49,177 bases of DNA, filler included, from Perkinsus olseni (GCA_013115125.1; 2 parts of 2 records of this genome joined end to end with filler, not necessarily neighbours in it), one strand, 5' to 3'. Positions 12,536-25,329 are shown, numbered from the whole stretch's first letter. Translations and numbers: made by a program. Notes: generated by a model from the sequence alone, not told the origin.

Positions 12536-15500
12536 TTACTCGACTATTTTGTTCTTCGCCTTAACCAAGTCAACAATCTCTTGGCTGCTTCCCTCTATCT
12601 CATGCTGGAGACCCGTCCACTCAGCTTTGCTCGACAAGCCGTTCTCCTGTAGTTTCACGTTTACTTTACGTACCGCACTTCTGACCAGCATCGATAGGCC
12701 GCCCTTGTTGCCAAGACCCTTCTTGCACTCCTCGACCAACACTCCCATGCAGTCTCGCAACTCAGTGAGTTCAAATTTGAGAGACGTCAAATCTTTCGCG
12801 TCGTGAATCTGTACAAGTAGCTTCACAACTACGCTATTGTTCGCCTTGTCTCACCTTCGGGAGCAAATGACGGAGCTGGAGGACCCGTTGCTTGGCAACC
12901 TCTTCGTCATTATCGGCCAACTCGGCCAAGCATCGGTGGCACACAGGGTTCGTACCATGCAGTTTCGAAAGGGTTTCGAACAGCTCAATAGCGGGGCGAC
13001 GCTTTCCTGTGCTAACCGAAAGGCTGACTAAATCCTAACACCGACAGGACATGCTGTTCTCGAACGTGGTCGCTTCTGTACTACTCACCTTGAGCAAGGC
13101 ATCATCGTCTAGTATGGTTTCGACCCTACCGAGCTCAACCGCTAAACCTCTGGCAGCGTACGTCATACCAGCGGGATCGCGTCGCATTTGCGCAACCTGA
13201 CATCGTTAACAGGTTGTCTCGTTATACTTTCAATGCAATAAGCTGTTCAACCAAGAAGATACACCGACCACACCCCAGAGCGGTAGTGCAGGCAACGGCC
13301 TTTAACGATCGCTCTAGGCGGGAAGTGAGACTGCTGCAAGCACCCCTACAGCGGCAACAGTGGTTATCTCGCCAATGGACTTTATAATCAGTTAAGCATA
13401 TAAGATTTGAAGGTCCCCAAGCCGAAGGCTTTCGGTAGGAAGGCAACAAAGTTGGTCATCATAGTAAGTCCATTAGACTGTCGATTCATAATCAATTCGT
13501 TCTCCCCAGGATTTACCGTGAGCAGATTCTGCCACATTCTCCATGACTCTCGAGAACGTTTAACAGCTTCATAAGAGCAGGTGTTAGCGAACTTCAAGTA
13601 TCGTTCGACATCGTGAGTTGTCTGAATGACGAAACACGCACGTGCAAGGGCAGCGATAGCGAATCGATTTCAGGCGAGCGAGACCACCGCACACAAAGTA
13701 GACAGACATCGATCAAGATGGCGTGCGCTACTTACATCCTGCGCAGAATCCGAAGATTCATCTGGGTTCATCTTCTCCTGCGCCATGGTGATGTATGCGG
13801 CAGCCAGGTTAGCCCAGGATTGCGCATCAGTGTCGTCCACTCCCAGGGCTCGGGTGAAGGCCGTGGCTGCGTCTTGATACTGGGAGACTTGCAAGTACAT
13901 TGCCCCCAACGAGAACCAAATACCTGAAAATTGTCACTTTGTACCGGGCTGTTGCACATACTACTACCGATCATTACCAGCCTTCAATGGTGAGATCTCC
14001 AAACTCTGCTTAAAACACTTGATAGCCTCATACCGATCGCCGCTCTGGAGAGCACCGCGGCCCAGTGATCGCACGGCACGAGCGTAGCGATGGTCCGACT
14101 GATAACAACAGGGCCTGGTCGACTGGCAAGGGGACAGTATGCCACGGTGCTTACCTCCTCCCAAGCTTGCTGCCACCATCTCTTTTCACCAGTGATGTCT
14201 CCCAGCTGACAAAGCAGCCGCGGTCGAGTGGACGTGGGAGTGTCTGAGGCTTCAAGGCGCTCCTTCACAAGTTTCTCAGCCTGGCGCTTCCTAAACGTTA
14301 CTTCTACGAGGGTGTAGAGAGTGATGGTGGACTATTACCTGTCGGCCACGATGAGACAATCGATAGCCTCACACCACATGTTGATGCTAACGAACATATC
14401 GTATGCTGATAACACCATACCCATCTCCATCATACGCTTACCAAACTCACGTTGTAACATCGGCAAGGAGGGGTAATACCTGAGAGAAGAGGCAGGGAGG
14501 ATTCATGCTGTGGGACTGCCATTATCGACACAACCATTATAGCATCGGTACTACTACCATCACGGCCATCACTATCACCTTCTAATACTACTTCTACTAC
14601 CACCGCTTTCTAATACTACTTCTACTACCACCGCTTTCTAATACTACTTCTACCACCGCTTTCTAATACTACTTCTACCACCGCTTTCTAATACTACTTC
14701 TACCACCACCGCTTTCTAATACTACTTCTACCACCGCTTTCTGATACTACTTCTACCACCACCGCTTTCTAATACTACTTCTACTACCACCGCTTTCTAA
14801 TACTAATTCTACCACCGCTTACTAATACTACTTCTACTACCGCTTTCCTTATTACACTGAGTGGACGTATCCGATCCTGTCAGCCACAAGTGCGGCCCCG
14901 CCTTCATCCTCCGGTAGCTTGTCCTTGTACTGATCCACCAGAGCTTGTAGCTGGAAAGCCGCGCGATTGCGAGTTTTAACTCTGCCGAATTCCGTACGAC
15001 AACGGAGCCACAGTCCCGCAGAATAAACCAACCAGTGAGCTGAGCATCCCGCATCGCGAGGATCTGATCAGAAGTCCATCAAACTCCGTCACCCACCCCT
15101 CCAGTATTACCATTGAATTTCTCGGGAAGGACCAAAGCACGGTTGACCAGGCAGCCAATTTGCTCCATAGTAATAGCGTCATCGTCGTCGGCTGCACTCG
15201 ACAGCAAAAGCCTTACGGCCTTCGTCAAGAGTATCGCCTGTTCTACAGCATGCAACACGGTCGGCTTGAATTCATCCGAGGTGTACTGGACCGACTCCAA
15301 AACGTCAGTGTCCGGATCCAGCTCGGCCATTTGCACGTTCTGACGGGCTCCCTCATCCTCGCCCGTCGATTCACCAGCGGCGGCTGCCTCGACCATCGGC
15401 GCTGGCAAGCTACTCTTCGTCACGCACGTGAGCTGAGCGAATGCTTGGGTTTGATACCGCCGTTTGATGCCTTCCACTCCAGTGATCTCCCAAGAAAAGC

Positions 15501-16419
15501 CAACGTGCTTAGCAGCGACGTCAATAATATCATCAGAAACGTCAGTCGGCAGACCGTAGTAGCTGGTATGAATGGCCAACTCCAATACCAGCACCGATCG
15601 GACTGTATTAGGCACGGCTTCACAAGGCATCAACTTCACCGTCGCTTCCTTCTCAATGGCGCGGTCGTCCTCAGCCTCCCTCAGAGCAGACGGGGCCGCC
15701 GATGGGCCACACGCCGTGACTTGACGGCAAAGGTCCTCCGTAATATACCCGCCCTTTCGCAGTGCCTCTGCGTACTCCTGAACACTTGCCTGCATACAGG
15801 TTACGCTCTGGCCGTCTCCTCTAGCCGTAGCCTCGGCTAGCATGCGCTGCCACACGAAGGCTGCCCTTGCACGCCACACTCCTACACTCTCCAGACTCGA
15901 CTGCTGCAGCATGTCACCGCAAAGCACAGTAACGCTCGTCAGAAGAAGCTGCGGACCACGAGTGACATCATATAATGGTTCTCCGTCAACCTCCAGCCGA
16001 CTCATAATGTATGAATTCCGAGCTGATTCAAGTGCCCTCTGATTTGGAAACATCGGTATAGCTTCGCCAGTTACTTCAGGGCCCGTCCAGTTGGCCTGTA
16101 CAAAACACTGTAAGCATGCCACTGCGGCCACAAGCACGGACAGCTCCCCCTCGGGCCCCTTGCCCGCCGCAGCCTCTCGTAAAGAGCGCTCCAACGCCTC
16201 GATATCCTCCCAGTTTTGAAGTAGCTCAGCAATTACCGGCTCCTGAAAGGCCAGCTCCCACTTTGCCTCTACTACGGCGATAGCTGCCTTCCTGGCCCCT
16301 TCGTACAAAGGGCAGCTCGGCAGCTCCGTTGGCGGCGTCGGAGGGGCGGTGTAGCGACTGTGAGGGTAGAGAAGGAAGGCCTCTACCGACCGGACAGCCG
16401 CGGATAGGTCTGATGACAT
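12536..16419 (-). CDS. TTC27/EMW1-like tetratricopeptide-repeat protein, multi-exon
   Basis: ACLQCFVQANWTGP, LEVDGEPLY, GIKRRYQT, AAFQLQALVDQY, INMWCEAIDCL, RLLCQLGD, YARAVRSLG, WFSLGAMYLQ...QSWANLAAAY and ESWRMWQN follow the TTC27 family pattern. Confidence 0.85.
14578..14847. repeat. Intronic minisatellite, about 10 copies of a 25/28-nt unit CGCTTTCTAATACTACTTCTAC(TAC/CAC)CAC
   Basis: Directly visible tandem array inside the roughly 14480-14855 intron of the TTC27-like gene. Confidence 0.95.
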
Positions 16420-16797
16420 AATGGCAAACAAATGCCTGAACGGTGAGCAAGGACGACTACTGCTGATGATGATATACTCCCTTCCACTGTTACTCTGGGA
16501 CAGGATAGAGCGACTGGACGAGTGAGAGTAGAATAAAGACACGGAACAGGTGGGCTGTCAGTCTGTTCGCCTAATAGAGGTTTCGACTGAGCGGAGAATT
16601 GACAAATTATCGTCTTAGACGAGAGAACCGCGCGCGCCCGTCTGCGCGCAAGTCTCGTGCGTGCAGCCATCGTCATTACTTATACTTTTTCCTGTAGCGC
16701 CGGATTGGCCTTTTTAATGGCGGGCTCGACAGCGGCGCCCGTCATTAGAGCTACTAGGGGTCCCGATGGTCTGTCGTCGCTTGCTGTCGAAGACCGC

Positions 16798-19700
16798 ATG
16801 GCCCCACAATTTTGTCCTGGGCAGCCTGATGATGGCGGCGAGCCCGTGCCGGGAATTTTACGGCGCATCCCTAAAGTGGAGGAGGTAGGGTGACCAATAA
16901 CCATTGTTTCTGCCCATCATGTTCTCAGCGGCTCCATTGTATGCGTGCCTGGTCGCCGTCGCTCCAGTGTCCTTCTACTCCCGAAGCCAGGAAGCCAGCC
17001 GTCCATCATGACGGACTCGCCCCATCTTCGAAGTAGCCTATCGACTGCCTGCGTGTTGTCGTTCACTTCTCACATTAGGTCATCGTTATCTACTGTTCGT
17101 AGTACTACGAGTTTGCCATCCACGTCAGCCTCGAATAATGATCTTGAAACGTTGTACCGCATGCTTGATTCGATCGACGAGGATCGAAGAGTTACCGACT
17201 ACGCGGCCACTTGGTGGTGATAGCGAATCAGAAGGTGAGAGTCCCTTTTCTCCGCGAGTAGGTCAGCTAACTAACATCGCCAAGGGTGTTCCGTCCTGTG
17301 AAATGGTATATTACATCGCCACCAGCAGACGCTCGAACTCCCTGAGCATTCAAACTTTGCGAGTAATCGACTCCTCGCAATTACCTAGGGCCGTCCACTC
17401 TCATAAACTGTCGTGAGCTGAGAGACTTTGTCCGGAATCCAGACTCCAGATTGCTGACTGGCTCTGAGTGCTATCCGACCGCTGTTGAATCGGCGGAGCC
17501 TATCACCAGCTCTTCGAGATGACTTAGCGCAGTCATGATCGCCTACTCAGTGCTGCCTAGCTCTATCGAGTGCTCTGGTCGCCCATCAGTGCTCTGGCAT
17601 CGCTGGGTTTGTTCGGGTATACTGGCGATAAAAGGGCCATAATCATGACCAACTTCCGTCTTATCCGCCTCTTTCCTACGGTTAGTCATGCTTAGGTGCC
17701 CAATCGCAGCTCTGGCGGACTGGAATTTATTATTATCGTTCGGCTCGTACTGTGGCCATCGTTTGTGCTAAAGTAGTCTGTGTCTGTGTTATCCCCATTA
17801 TCATTACCCCCACTGCTGCTGCTGCTGCTGCTGCTGTTCTATGTATTATTACTACTACTGTCACTGCCACGTCACCACAGTCACTTGTCAATATTTACAA
17901 AGTCCTAGCCTGTTGGTCCATCGAAACAGTCCATTCTTCATGGCTCTTTCGAAGTGTATAATTCGATTCTATTGCGATAGATCTGAGGGATCCGCCAAGG
18001 TGAGATCCGCACTGTCCCAGTATGTACACGATTCCTTCTACCTTCAGGTCTACGCGCTTTCTGACGTATCCTCCAGTCGGACGGGTGACTGAATTTTACC
18101 AAGCTGATCGCAAACGGCTTACATTGGTCACATTTTACCACCATCGAACGGAGGCCGCCGATTTCTGAATCCATCTTCACTGTGTGGTACATCCGCACAG
18201 AGGAGTATCGGAACTGCCCGCCGCCCGAGTTTACCTATATCCGAAGTAACTGTTGCATCACACTAGTCCCGAGCCTTGCGGGTGGTTTTTGTTGTTAGTG
18301 ATGGGGACTCGGTGGCTGACCACCTCTTGTTGACGAAGTACCTCGACGCTCGTTGCGATCATCATTTCTTAGGGATCTCTCTTGGTAATTTTAGTACGCC
18401 TTAGGGAATCAGCTCGTACACGTCGTACAATCATCAATACCTGATTCGAGCTGCTATTTGAAACGGGATAAGATTATCGAAGCTGCTCAGCTACATTTGA
18501 CGACGTTAGTGAAAAATACTTGATGGCCGCTCAGCAGGTCGGGAAGCCTGTGGGCCCCCTTGCATGCTAGGGAGAGCATCAGTGTGGCAACATCAGTGCT
18601 CTCCGCAAATACCACGCGGGCCAGCGAGGTTCGCATGCCTGGCTTTAGGGTGTCTGTCATTCTTCCTCCGTAATGATGAATCCATCGGTTTTGGATGTCC
18701 AATGCAAGGAGACCCTGGAAGCCCTACTGCGCCCCAAGTGAGCTCAAGATATCGCTACCAGCTTCAACCATGAAGTACCCATTTCAGGTACTACCGTATA
18801 ATCCAACCTTGGCTAGCGATCTCTATGGACGGAGATAAGGAGATCTTAGTAAGAAAACTGCCGCTGTTGGTGACACGGTGATGATCATCCCTGTCACCTC
18901 AGGCTCAGTTCGGCATCATGCTGCAGCACTCGCCTCCCAAGTTTGGTCTCCGATCTCTCCTCAACGCCTACAACCTATCGCGGACTCTGGCCACCGACGT
19001 GCAGGGGTCTCTAGACGTACAGCTCTCACACGCTCGTGATCAGTCTCTCCTCTGGCCATCGAGGTCTCTTCAGGTGGAGCAGCTCAGGGAAGGCAAACCA
19101 TCAGGGCCGCGTTGTAAGTGTATTTCTTCGAAGTCGGTGACCCAAAATGTTCACAAAAGTACTCCAGCCGGCCATTTCGCTTACTGCTGAGTGATCCAGC
19201 ATTTCAGGCGCTGATGACGTCTACCGAGCTTTCGCCTTGGAGAACAGACCTCTCCGTTCTCTGCCATTTGCCCAGATTCTAACGCCGGCGGCTTTGGAAC
19301 GGATCGAGGAGTGGCAGGTGAAGACTGACCACCTTCTGCATGCAGCATCATGCAGTCTTTCGATCCATCAGGCGGCTTCCCGAGACTCTACAAGTTGGCC
19401 TAATAGGGCCGAGTTGGAACGGGTGCTACGGAATGTATGGATGTTCGATTCTAGCATGCCCACCTATGCTGGATTGCTGAGAGTAGGCTCTCTTGACCGG
19501 GAGTATCTTTTAATTCATTTATGCTTAGGAAGAACCTTCCTACCAGAGACCAAGCTCAGCTTCTCGCCGTTTGAATGAGCTTTCTAGGGTTAACAGAAGC
19601 CTTCAGGTGACTGGCCTCGCTTGGTCAGTAAAATGCAACCCACTCATTCGTCTCAGTCTTCAATAGACTACGAGGCTGATCGCAACCGTCATGCCCTCTT

Positions 19701-20025
19701 ACGTAAAGCAAGGTCAATGGCTGAGCTCAACATGCCTGATACTGAGTAAGCTTCTACCTTACAAACAGCGTCGATCATGTGGGTGCTCATTCAGCCCGTA
19801 CAGTGCGGAGAAATTCCAGCGGGCTAAAATAGTTGTTGCCCCTCACAATAAGGGAGGGTCAGCCGTGCTACCAACAGTAAGGTGATGCATGATGGCCTGC
19901 ATCATCGTGGCCTTCTCAGGGTGGCTCGATTGCCCTCACCACGACGTACTCCTCGAGCTATCTTCCCCGAGTGAGGTCGAAGTGGCACAAGGGTACACTG
20001 TCGTACCAGAGAGCACTACTACTAC

Positions 20026-20080
<55 letters not shown>

Positions 20081-20110
20081 TTCTCGGACCGTGGGCTGCA
20101 TGTTTTATGA
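16798..20110 (+). CDS. Hypothetical multi-exon gene(s), structure unresolved
   Basis: ATG at 16798 (MAPQFCPGQPDD...) is divergent from TTC27. Many short plus-strand exon-like pieces are separated by GT-AG intervals (LETLYRMLDSIDED, AELERVLRNVWMFDSSMPTYAGLLR). No recognisable domain. Confidence 0.35.
20026..20076. repeat. (GAT)17 microsatellite
   Basis: Perfect trinucleotide run. Confidence 0.95.
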
Positions 20111-20352
20111 TGAGTAATTGATGTTCATGTTATTGTTGAGGACGCTGCTTCGTGGTTAGTGCTCCGATGGGTCAATAATATTGGGCTAACCCAGCAGCGC
20201 ATAGACCAGTTGATATCGGAGGGGTGCTTCTGAAGGGGACTTTACCGAGGGAACTCTGGAGTTTCCAAAACAGCATCGAATCCGTAATTGATAGTATCCA
20301 ACACGTGATTCTACTGTAAAGCTTCTCCTGTGAGAATTTTGTTCGGACGCTT

Positions 20353-21393
20353 ATGCTAGGCAGGGCTGTAATGCAGACAGGTAGGGACGTCGATCACTCA
20401 TCATCCAGAAGTTCACCACGAGAGGCCTCGGGTAATTCGACTAAGGATCGTCACAGAGTACTCTTCGAGTGCATAGGCGAGGCAGAGAAGCGGCGAGAGG
20501 AGATCATTATTTTCGGTGTAAATGAGCGCGCCCTGTCGTCATGGGTGCCTCAGGGGTCACCGTGCTGTGCAGCAGCAGTCATCGCTGCAGCCGTCAACTG
20601 CTGTGTGGGACAACATAACTGGGCAGTCGAAGAGGCGATCGGGGCTCTGAGGACGATAGTAGAGGATCGGATCGCTGGACTGATCGAAAGGCTGCACGCC
20701 TTGGGTGTGCCGACGGGTATAAGAAAGCTGTTGGAAGATCGACTTGAAGATGGCAGGAAGGGTAAAAATGAAGGGATCGATAAAGTCGTGCGCCAATTAG
20801 TCGCGGAGATCCGGACAAACGCTACCGAGATCGATGATGCTCCCAGACCAACTTTGACAGAAACCTCACCCAATCTGGGGGAGGTGCAAGCTCAGGCGAT
20901 CGTGTTGAACATACCGTTCGAGGGAGCTAACGAGCCAACCGCAGTAGAGAAAGTATTGCGAGCCTTGGCTGTGAAGGTCAACTGCCTACGAGAATTGCAG
21001 AGAGGAAGGCCCTCAACAGCAGGGGTTGGAGACTGGGCGATCGAGACCGTGTTGGAAGCGGAGGGGCTCCTAGTTCAAAGTATCCTGAGCGAGGCAGCAC
21101 GCGGACGCCGATAACTACTCCTAAAGGCCTCTGACGAGGAGGCGGCCTGGGATGCATTTAAAGTGGAATTCTCGAAGCATGATTGCATGGTTGTCCATTT
21201 CAACAACCATTACGCTCTGGTCTTCGCCTTTCGAGAGCGGCGAGGCATTCGACAGATACTCACAGCGAGGAAGGGCCAGCGGCCGAGGGATTGGGTTGAT
21301 TGGGGGGAGCTAATCGGCGCGGTTACGAGATGGCGAGGATACGGGATACTGGGTATCAGTGGGGAGTCGAACATGACTAGTGTACGACTATAG
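20353..21393 (+). CDS. Hypothetical BIVM-like / peptidase-C39-like protein, two exons
   Basis: Two same-frame ORFs separated by TAA at 21112-21114, which a short intron ending at AG 21126 would remove. Motifs PQGSPCCAAA, PSTAGVGDW, VVHFNNHYALVFAF and ILTARKGQRP. Confidence 0.6.
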
Positions 21394-21906
21394 CGTGGCT
21401 GTGAATAGTGACAGCCCGCCACGGAGTTGATGTGAACAATCATTCGAGTTTCCGTGTTGCAAGTGCAGGTCGAACGGTACTCCCGAACAAGTTGATACAG
21501 ATACCGTTTATTGCATGACCATAAAGGCGGAGTGGTGCTTCGAAGAGGTGCGCCAAGTTCCCCCACCCCGAAGTTCTCCTTTGCTGAGCATCCGGAAAAG
21601 ATCTGCTGCTGCAGCAGTTTCCTCGTCTCTGACTGAGGCCTCTCACTGGCAGTGATCGGTCGATGAGGTTGGATTACGCACAGGGACGATGACACTGGTC
21701 GATGGTCCACCATCCTACTGCCGGGTGCTGTATCCAGCAGCTCTCCCTTCTCACTACTGGTCGACTACAACCCTCCTCATTTATGCCTTCCCCCATGCTC
21801 TTCACTCAACCGTCAGTAGTGCCACCCCGCTGACCCCGCTGCAAACGGCTAGGCGTTCAAGCCTCCACTAGGAAGAACTCATCTCAAAATTAGAATTTTG
21901 AAACAT

Positions 21907-23278
21907 TTACTCGTCACAGGTGGAGGAGCCAAGTAGATGATCTAATTTGGACTCGTAAAAATCAGGAAAGTGATCGAACAGACACTTCGATGCCCCCAGC
22001 CTGCTACCACCAAAGGAGCTGCCACACAGCCTCTGACAGTAGTAGACCATGGCCTCAGGGCTCAGACCAGGATTCCCACCATCAGTCTCCCACAGCGACC
22101 CTGCCTCGAGGAAGTACACTGTGCCCGGTATCACCAGTTTGCCAGCATTCGTCTGATGTCCTTCAGATGAGCTGACGCCAACAGCGTCCAACAGCTCCTC
22201 CGCCCCACGAAGGGACAATCGAGGGACGATATCATCCTCATTGATGAAGGACTGGAGTTTAAGATTCGCAGGAATCCTTGGCGATGTGGTGGTAGTGACC
22301 GGAGGCGGAGCGAAGGCGTAGCAATCGACCTCGTACGGCAGTTGTCGGGCTATCAGTATGCTTGCCAAGATAGCCGTACCGGCTCCCAATGAATGGCCAG
22401 TTACTACCAACCGCTTGGCATCTTTTCGCCGCATCAATTCTACGAGATGGGGCAAAGCATTGCTCACGACGTTCCTGGCGGCTGTCCCAATTCCGCGGTG
22501 GACTTGATAGTCCTGGTCGCCCTGTGTGAGGGGCGCGTTGTCACACATGAGGTCAGTGATCGTATCAGCAATACTCGCAGTACCTCTAATAGAGAGCATA
22601 AGGGAACCCTCGTTGTCGATGGCGATGAAGTAAACAGGCTCATTGGCACCGCGTGGTTGAGAGAGATGAAGGACCTCCCGTATTTCAGGGCAATGGGAGG
22701 TGATGCAGGAAACGTCGAGAGGCTCGTCTAAACGGCTATGCCGAGTTATCTTCTCCAACCCCAACGCATTCAAGAACACCGCGCCATACGCCGCTGATGC
22801 TGCCCGCATGTAGGAGCGCACCTCTCTACAGTTCTCCAGCATCACCGCCTTTCCTTGCTGATGGACCTCTGGCTTAGCCACAGTGTGCCCTTCTTCTGGG
22901 CACATCCGGATGAGGTATCGCAGCAGCTCGCTAACGGTCATGTGCTCCACGCCGGTCCGAGCCAGTAGGCTCCTCAGGATTGACTCAATCACATACAGGT
23001 TAGCTGCTGTCTCTGCCGCGTACCGGCTACCCATCTCCTAACATGATAATACTTAGATACGACGCCCGAGCCTTCATCTCTACTACCACGCCTGTGGAGG
23101 CAATATCAAGGAACCTCACTAGGCCACTAACAGCGGAGTCGGGCCAGTCCCAGGCCGAACCGCCGACTCTGGGCTCCTCACAGAATGCATTCCGCTGGGG
23201 TGGCTTGTAGGTGGCTACCGACACACCTGTGAGAGCTGCTGTGACGATGCCATAGTGGATAGTACGGCCATTCCACAT
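21907..23278 (-). CDS. Class-3 (fungal/DAG-lipase-like) lipase, two exons
   Basis: LSIRGTASIADTITD, VHRGI, VTGHSLGAGTA, CYAFAPPP, NEDDIVPRL and C-terminal DH. Exon 1 begins MWNGRTIHYGIVTAALTGVSVA. Confidence 0.9.
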
Positions 23279-23433
23279 AGTAAACAGACTACCGTGTAAA
23301 CTACTGAGGCACGCAACCGAACTAGGGATTGAGTAGAAAAAAAACTTCACAATCGTAGGGTATATCAACCGTCGATAGAATGGTAATGATGGTAAATGTT
23401 TTTTCCGAAGATACAAATTTAACAACAACAAAT

Positions 23434-24552
23434 CTATGCACAGCTACTGCACTTGTCCTGCCATGCCTCGTCGGCGCTCCGGACCAACGAGACCAGTTTC
23501 TTCTCATACTCGACCGTTGCATGGTCGTTGAGGCTTTTCATCGCCATTGGCCTATTACCACTGATCTGCATACAGTAGTACAGCATCGCCTCCGCGCTGA
23601 GCGCCGGACAGGAGCCGTCAGTCTTGTACACTCTTGTACTACCATCCACTGCCCTCAGCAGGTAGACCGTACCCGGGATGAATGCTCGAGGGGCCATTGG
23701 CCTGTCCTTAGGGTTGATAGAATTCAACACTTCGTCGATTCCCAGTAGCGACAGACGGGCGACGATATCATCCTCGTTAATGAAGGCGGTCATTTTGAGG
23801 TTGGTCGGGCAAGGCATGTCCATCTTAGTAGTGACAGGAGGACAACCAAATGTGTAGCATTCAACCTTCACAGTAAGCACTCGAGCCAACAACACACTAG
23901 TGAGTACAGCAGTCCCTGCCCCCAGCGAGTGACCCAACAGGATCAGTCTATCGCAGTTCCAATTGTCCAGGGCCTGCAGGACATACGGTAAGGCAGTACG
24001 GGCCACGTAGTTAGCTGCAATGCCCATCCCTCTGTGAACTTCATAACCTTTGTCTACGGGGGAGTCCGTGAACCGAGCCGTGTCACAGAAGGAATCAGTA
24101 ACGGCATCCGCGATGCTCTTCGTACCGCGCACTACTATGACAACATCGTTTGTTAGTGTATGTAAAACATAGAAGACCGGCCTGTTCTGTGCGGACGACT
24201 GCGAGATGAAGACCACCTCTGACACTTCCGGACAGTATCGAAGGACATAGTCCGGGTGCAAGGCGCATTCCGCCTTCTTCTTGCCGAACGCACCGTAAGC
24301 GACTTGGGTCGCCGTGAGGTACCGAAGGATCTCATCAGGGTTGGGCAGCTCTACTTGGGGTATGTTGTCATATATGTTGTCCATGGAAATGTCACATAAA
24401 TGACAAGCCTGTCGGAACCTCGACAAGACCTCCACTTTAGAAAGGGACCCCAGATCTGAGCGCTCGAAAATCTTCCGCCAGATATTGCGGAACTCCCGTG
24501 CTTGTGAGGCAGTCTCACGAGCGGCTTTAGTCTTGGCGTCCTGAAAGACCAA
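23434..24552 (-). CDS. Class-3 lipase, tandem paralog (5' end unresolved near the contig end)
   Basis: VVRGTKSIADAVTD, VHRGM, LGHSLGAGTA, CYTFGCPP, NEDDIVARL and DH. Confidence 0.9.
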   Translation of the reverse strand: MVFQDAKTKAARETASQAREFRNIWRKIFERSDLGSLSKVEVLSRFRQACHLCDISMDNIYDNIPQVELPNPDEILRYLTATQVAYGAFGKKKAECALHPDYVLRYCPEVSEVVFISQSSAQNRPVFYVLHTLTNDVVIVVRGTKSIADAVTDSFCDTARFTDSPVDKGYEVHRGMGIAANYVARTALPYVLQALDNWNCDRLILLGHSLGAGTAVLTSVLLARVLTVKVECYTFGCPPVTTKMDMPCPTNLKMTAFINEDDIVARLSLLGIDEVLNSINPKDRPMAPRAFIPGTVYLLRAVDGSTRVYKTDGSCPALSAEAMLYYCMQISGNRPMAMKSLNDHATVEYEKKLVSLVRSADEAWQDKCSSCA

Positions 24553-24696
24553 AGGCTGTGCATGGGACCCTCCCAGGAGGCAAGAAAGTATCGCAGTTCG
24601 AATGGGGCCTCGAGAGAAGTCTATTATTGACCGGTCAATTTATTGGGCGAGTTTAAAGCGAGGCGCGCGCGATCGCGATTGGGAGGGAACATATGG

Positions 24697-24796
24697 NNNN
24701 NNNNNNNNNNNNNNNNNNNNNNNNNNNNNNNNNNNNNNNNTTAATTAATTAANNNNNNNNNNNNNNNNNNNNNNNNNNNNNNNNNNNNNNNNNNNN
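24697..24796. other. Assembly linker N44-TTAATTAATTAA-N44 (artificial contig join)
   Basis: The 12-mer carries stops in all six frames and is centred in Ns, for exactly 100 nt in total. Confidence 0.97.
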
Positions 24797-25329
24797 TTCA
24801 CTTCGCACTCTCTACAACGACGAAACGGTCGATGAAACGGTTGATCGATATATCTATGAATTCCTCTCGCCCTTTCCGAGAACTAAGACTCGAAAATTGG
24901 AGCACTTGAACGGGCTCCTGGGAAACTCGGGAGAAACCTCTCACTCGGGAAGTCGGCAATAGCGCGTTTCGTGGATACGCGCAGCACAACTTTCAAGATT
25001 GCGTGATTTGAGTGTTGGTTGCTGTATGTGTGGTATGCTACTTTCGTAAGGGGTGTAGTGTTCACTCGGAATTGCAGGGGCTCGGAATCAGTACCCGTTT
25101 CTTGGCGGGAAACTCTTTCCTCGGAATCTGATCCCATGAGCCGCACTTGTATGTAGACCTCGGATTTCCAGCTCGTGAAAGCGCAACTCGGATTCGGAAA
25201 AGTTCCGCCGAGCGCTCGGACCGAACACTCAACTCGGAAATTCACTTGAAGTCATTATTCCATCCCGAGTTCGGAAGGGACGGCCTTCCGACTACTCGGA
25301 CTCGGAAAAATGGGCACTTGAATAGGCCC
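24797..25329. mobile_element. Right-hand parts of nested PIF/Harbinger-like MITEs (truncated by the gap)
   Basis: Two TIR-like ends, AGCACTTGAACGGGCTC (24901-24917) and GGCACTTGAATAGGCCC (25313-25329), are each followed by CTG. Dense ACTCGG/CCGAGT motifs as in 34585-35178. Confidence 0.55.

Noticed and set aside
12396-12536. N-terminal extension of the 813-aa ORF
   Set aside because: Its start overlaps the TTC27 stop and precedes any recognisable MOCOS sequence. ATG 12395 is more plausible. The ORF's C-terminal tail runs through an intron.
14578-14847. CRISPR-like array
   Set aside because: Repeats are contiguous with no unique spacers, lie in a eukaryotic intron, and no cas genes are present.
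19889-20110. Poly-methionine ORF
   Set aside because: By-product of the (GAT)n microsatellite.
24741-24752. TTAATTAATTAA palindrome
   Set aside because: Artificial six-frame-stop linker inside Ns, not biological.
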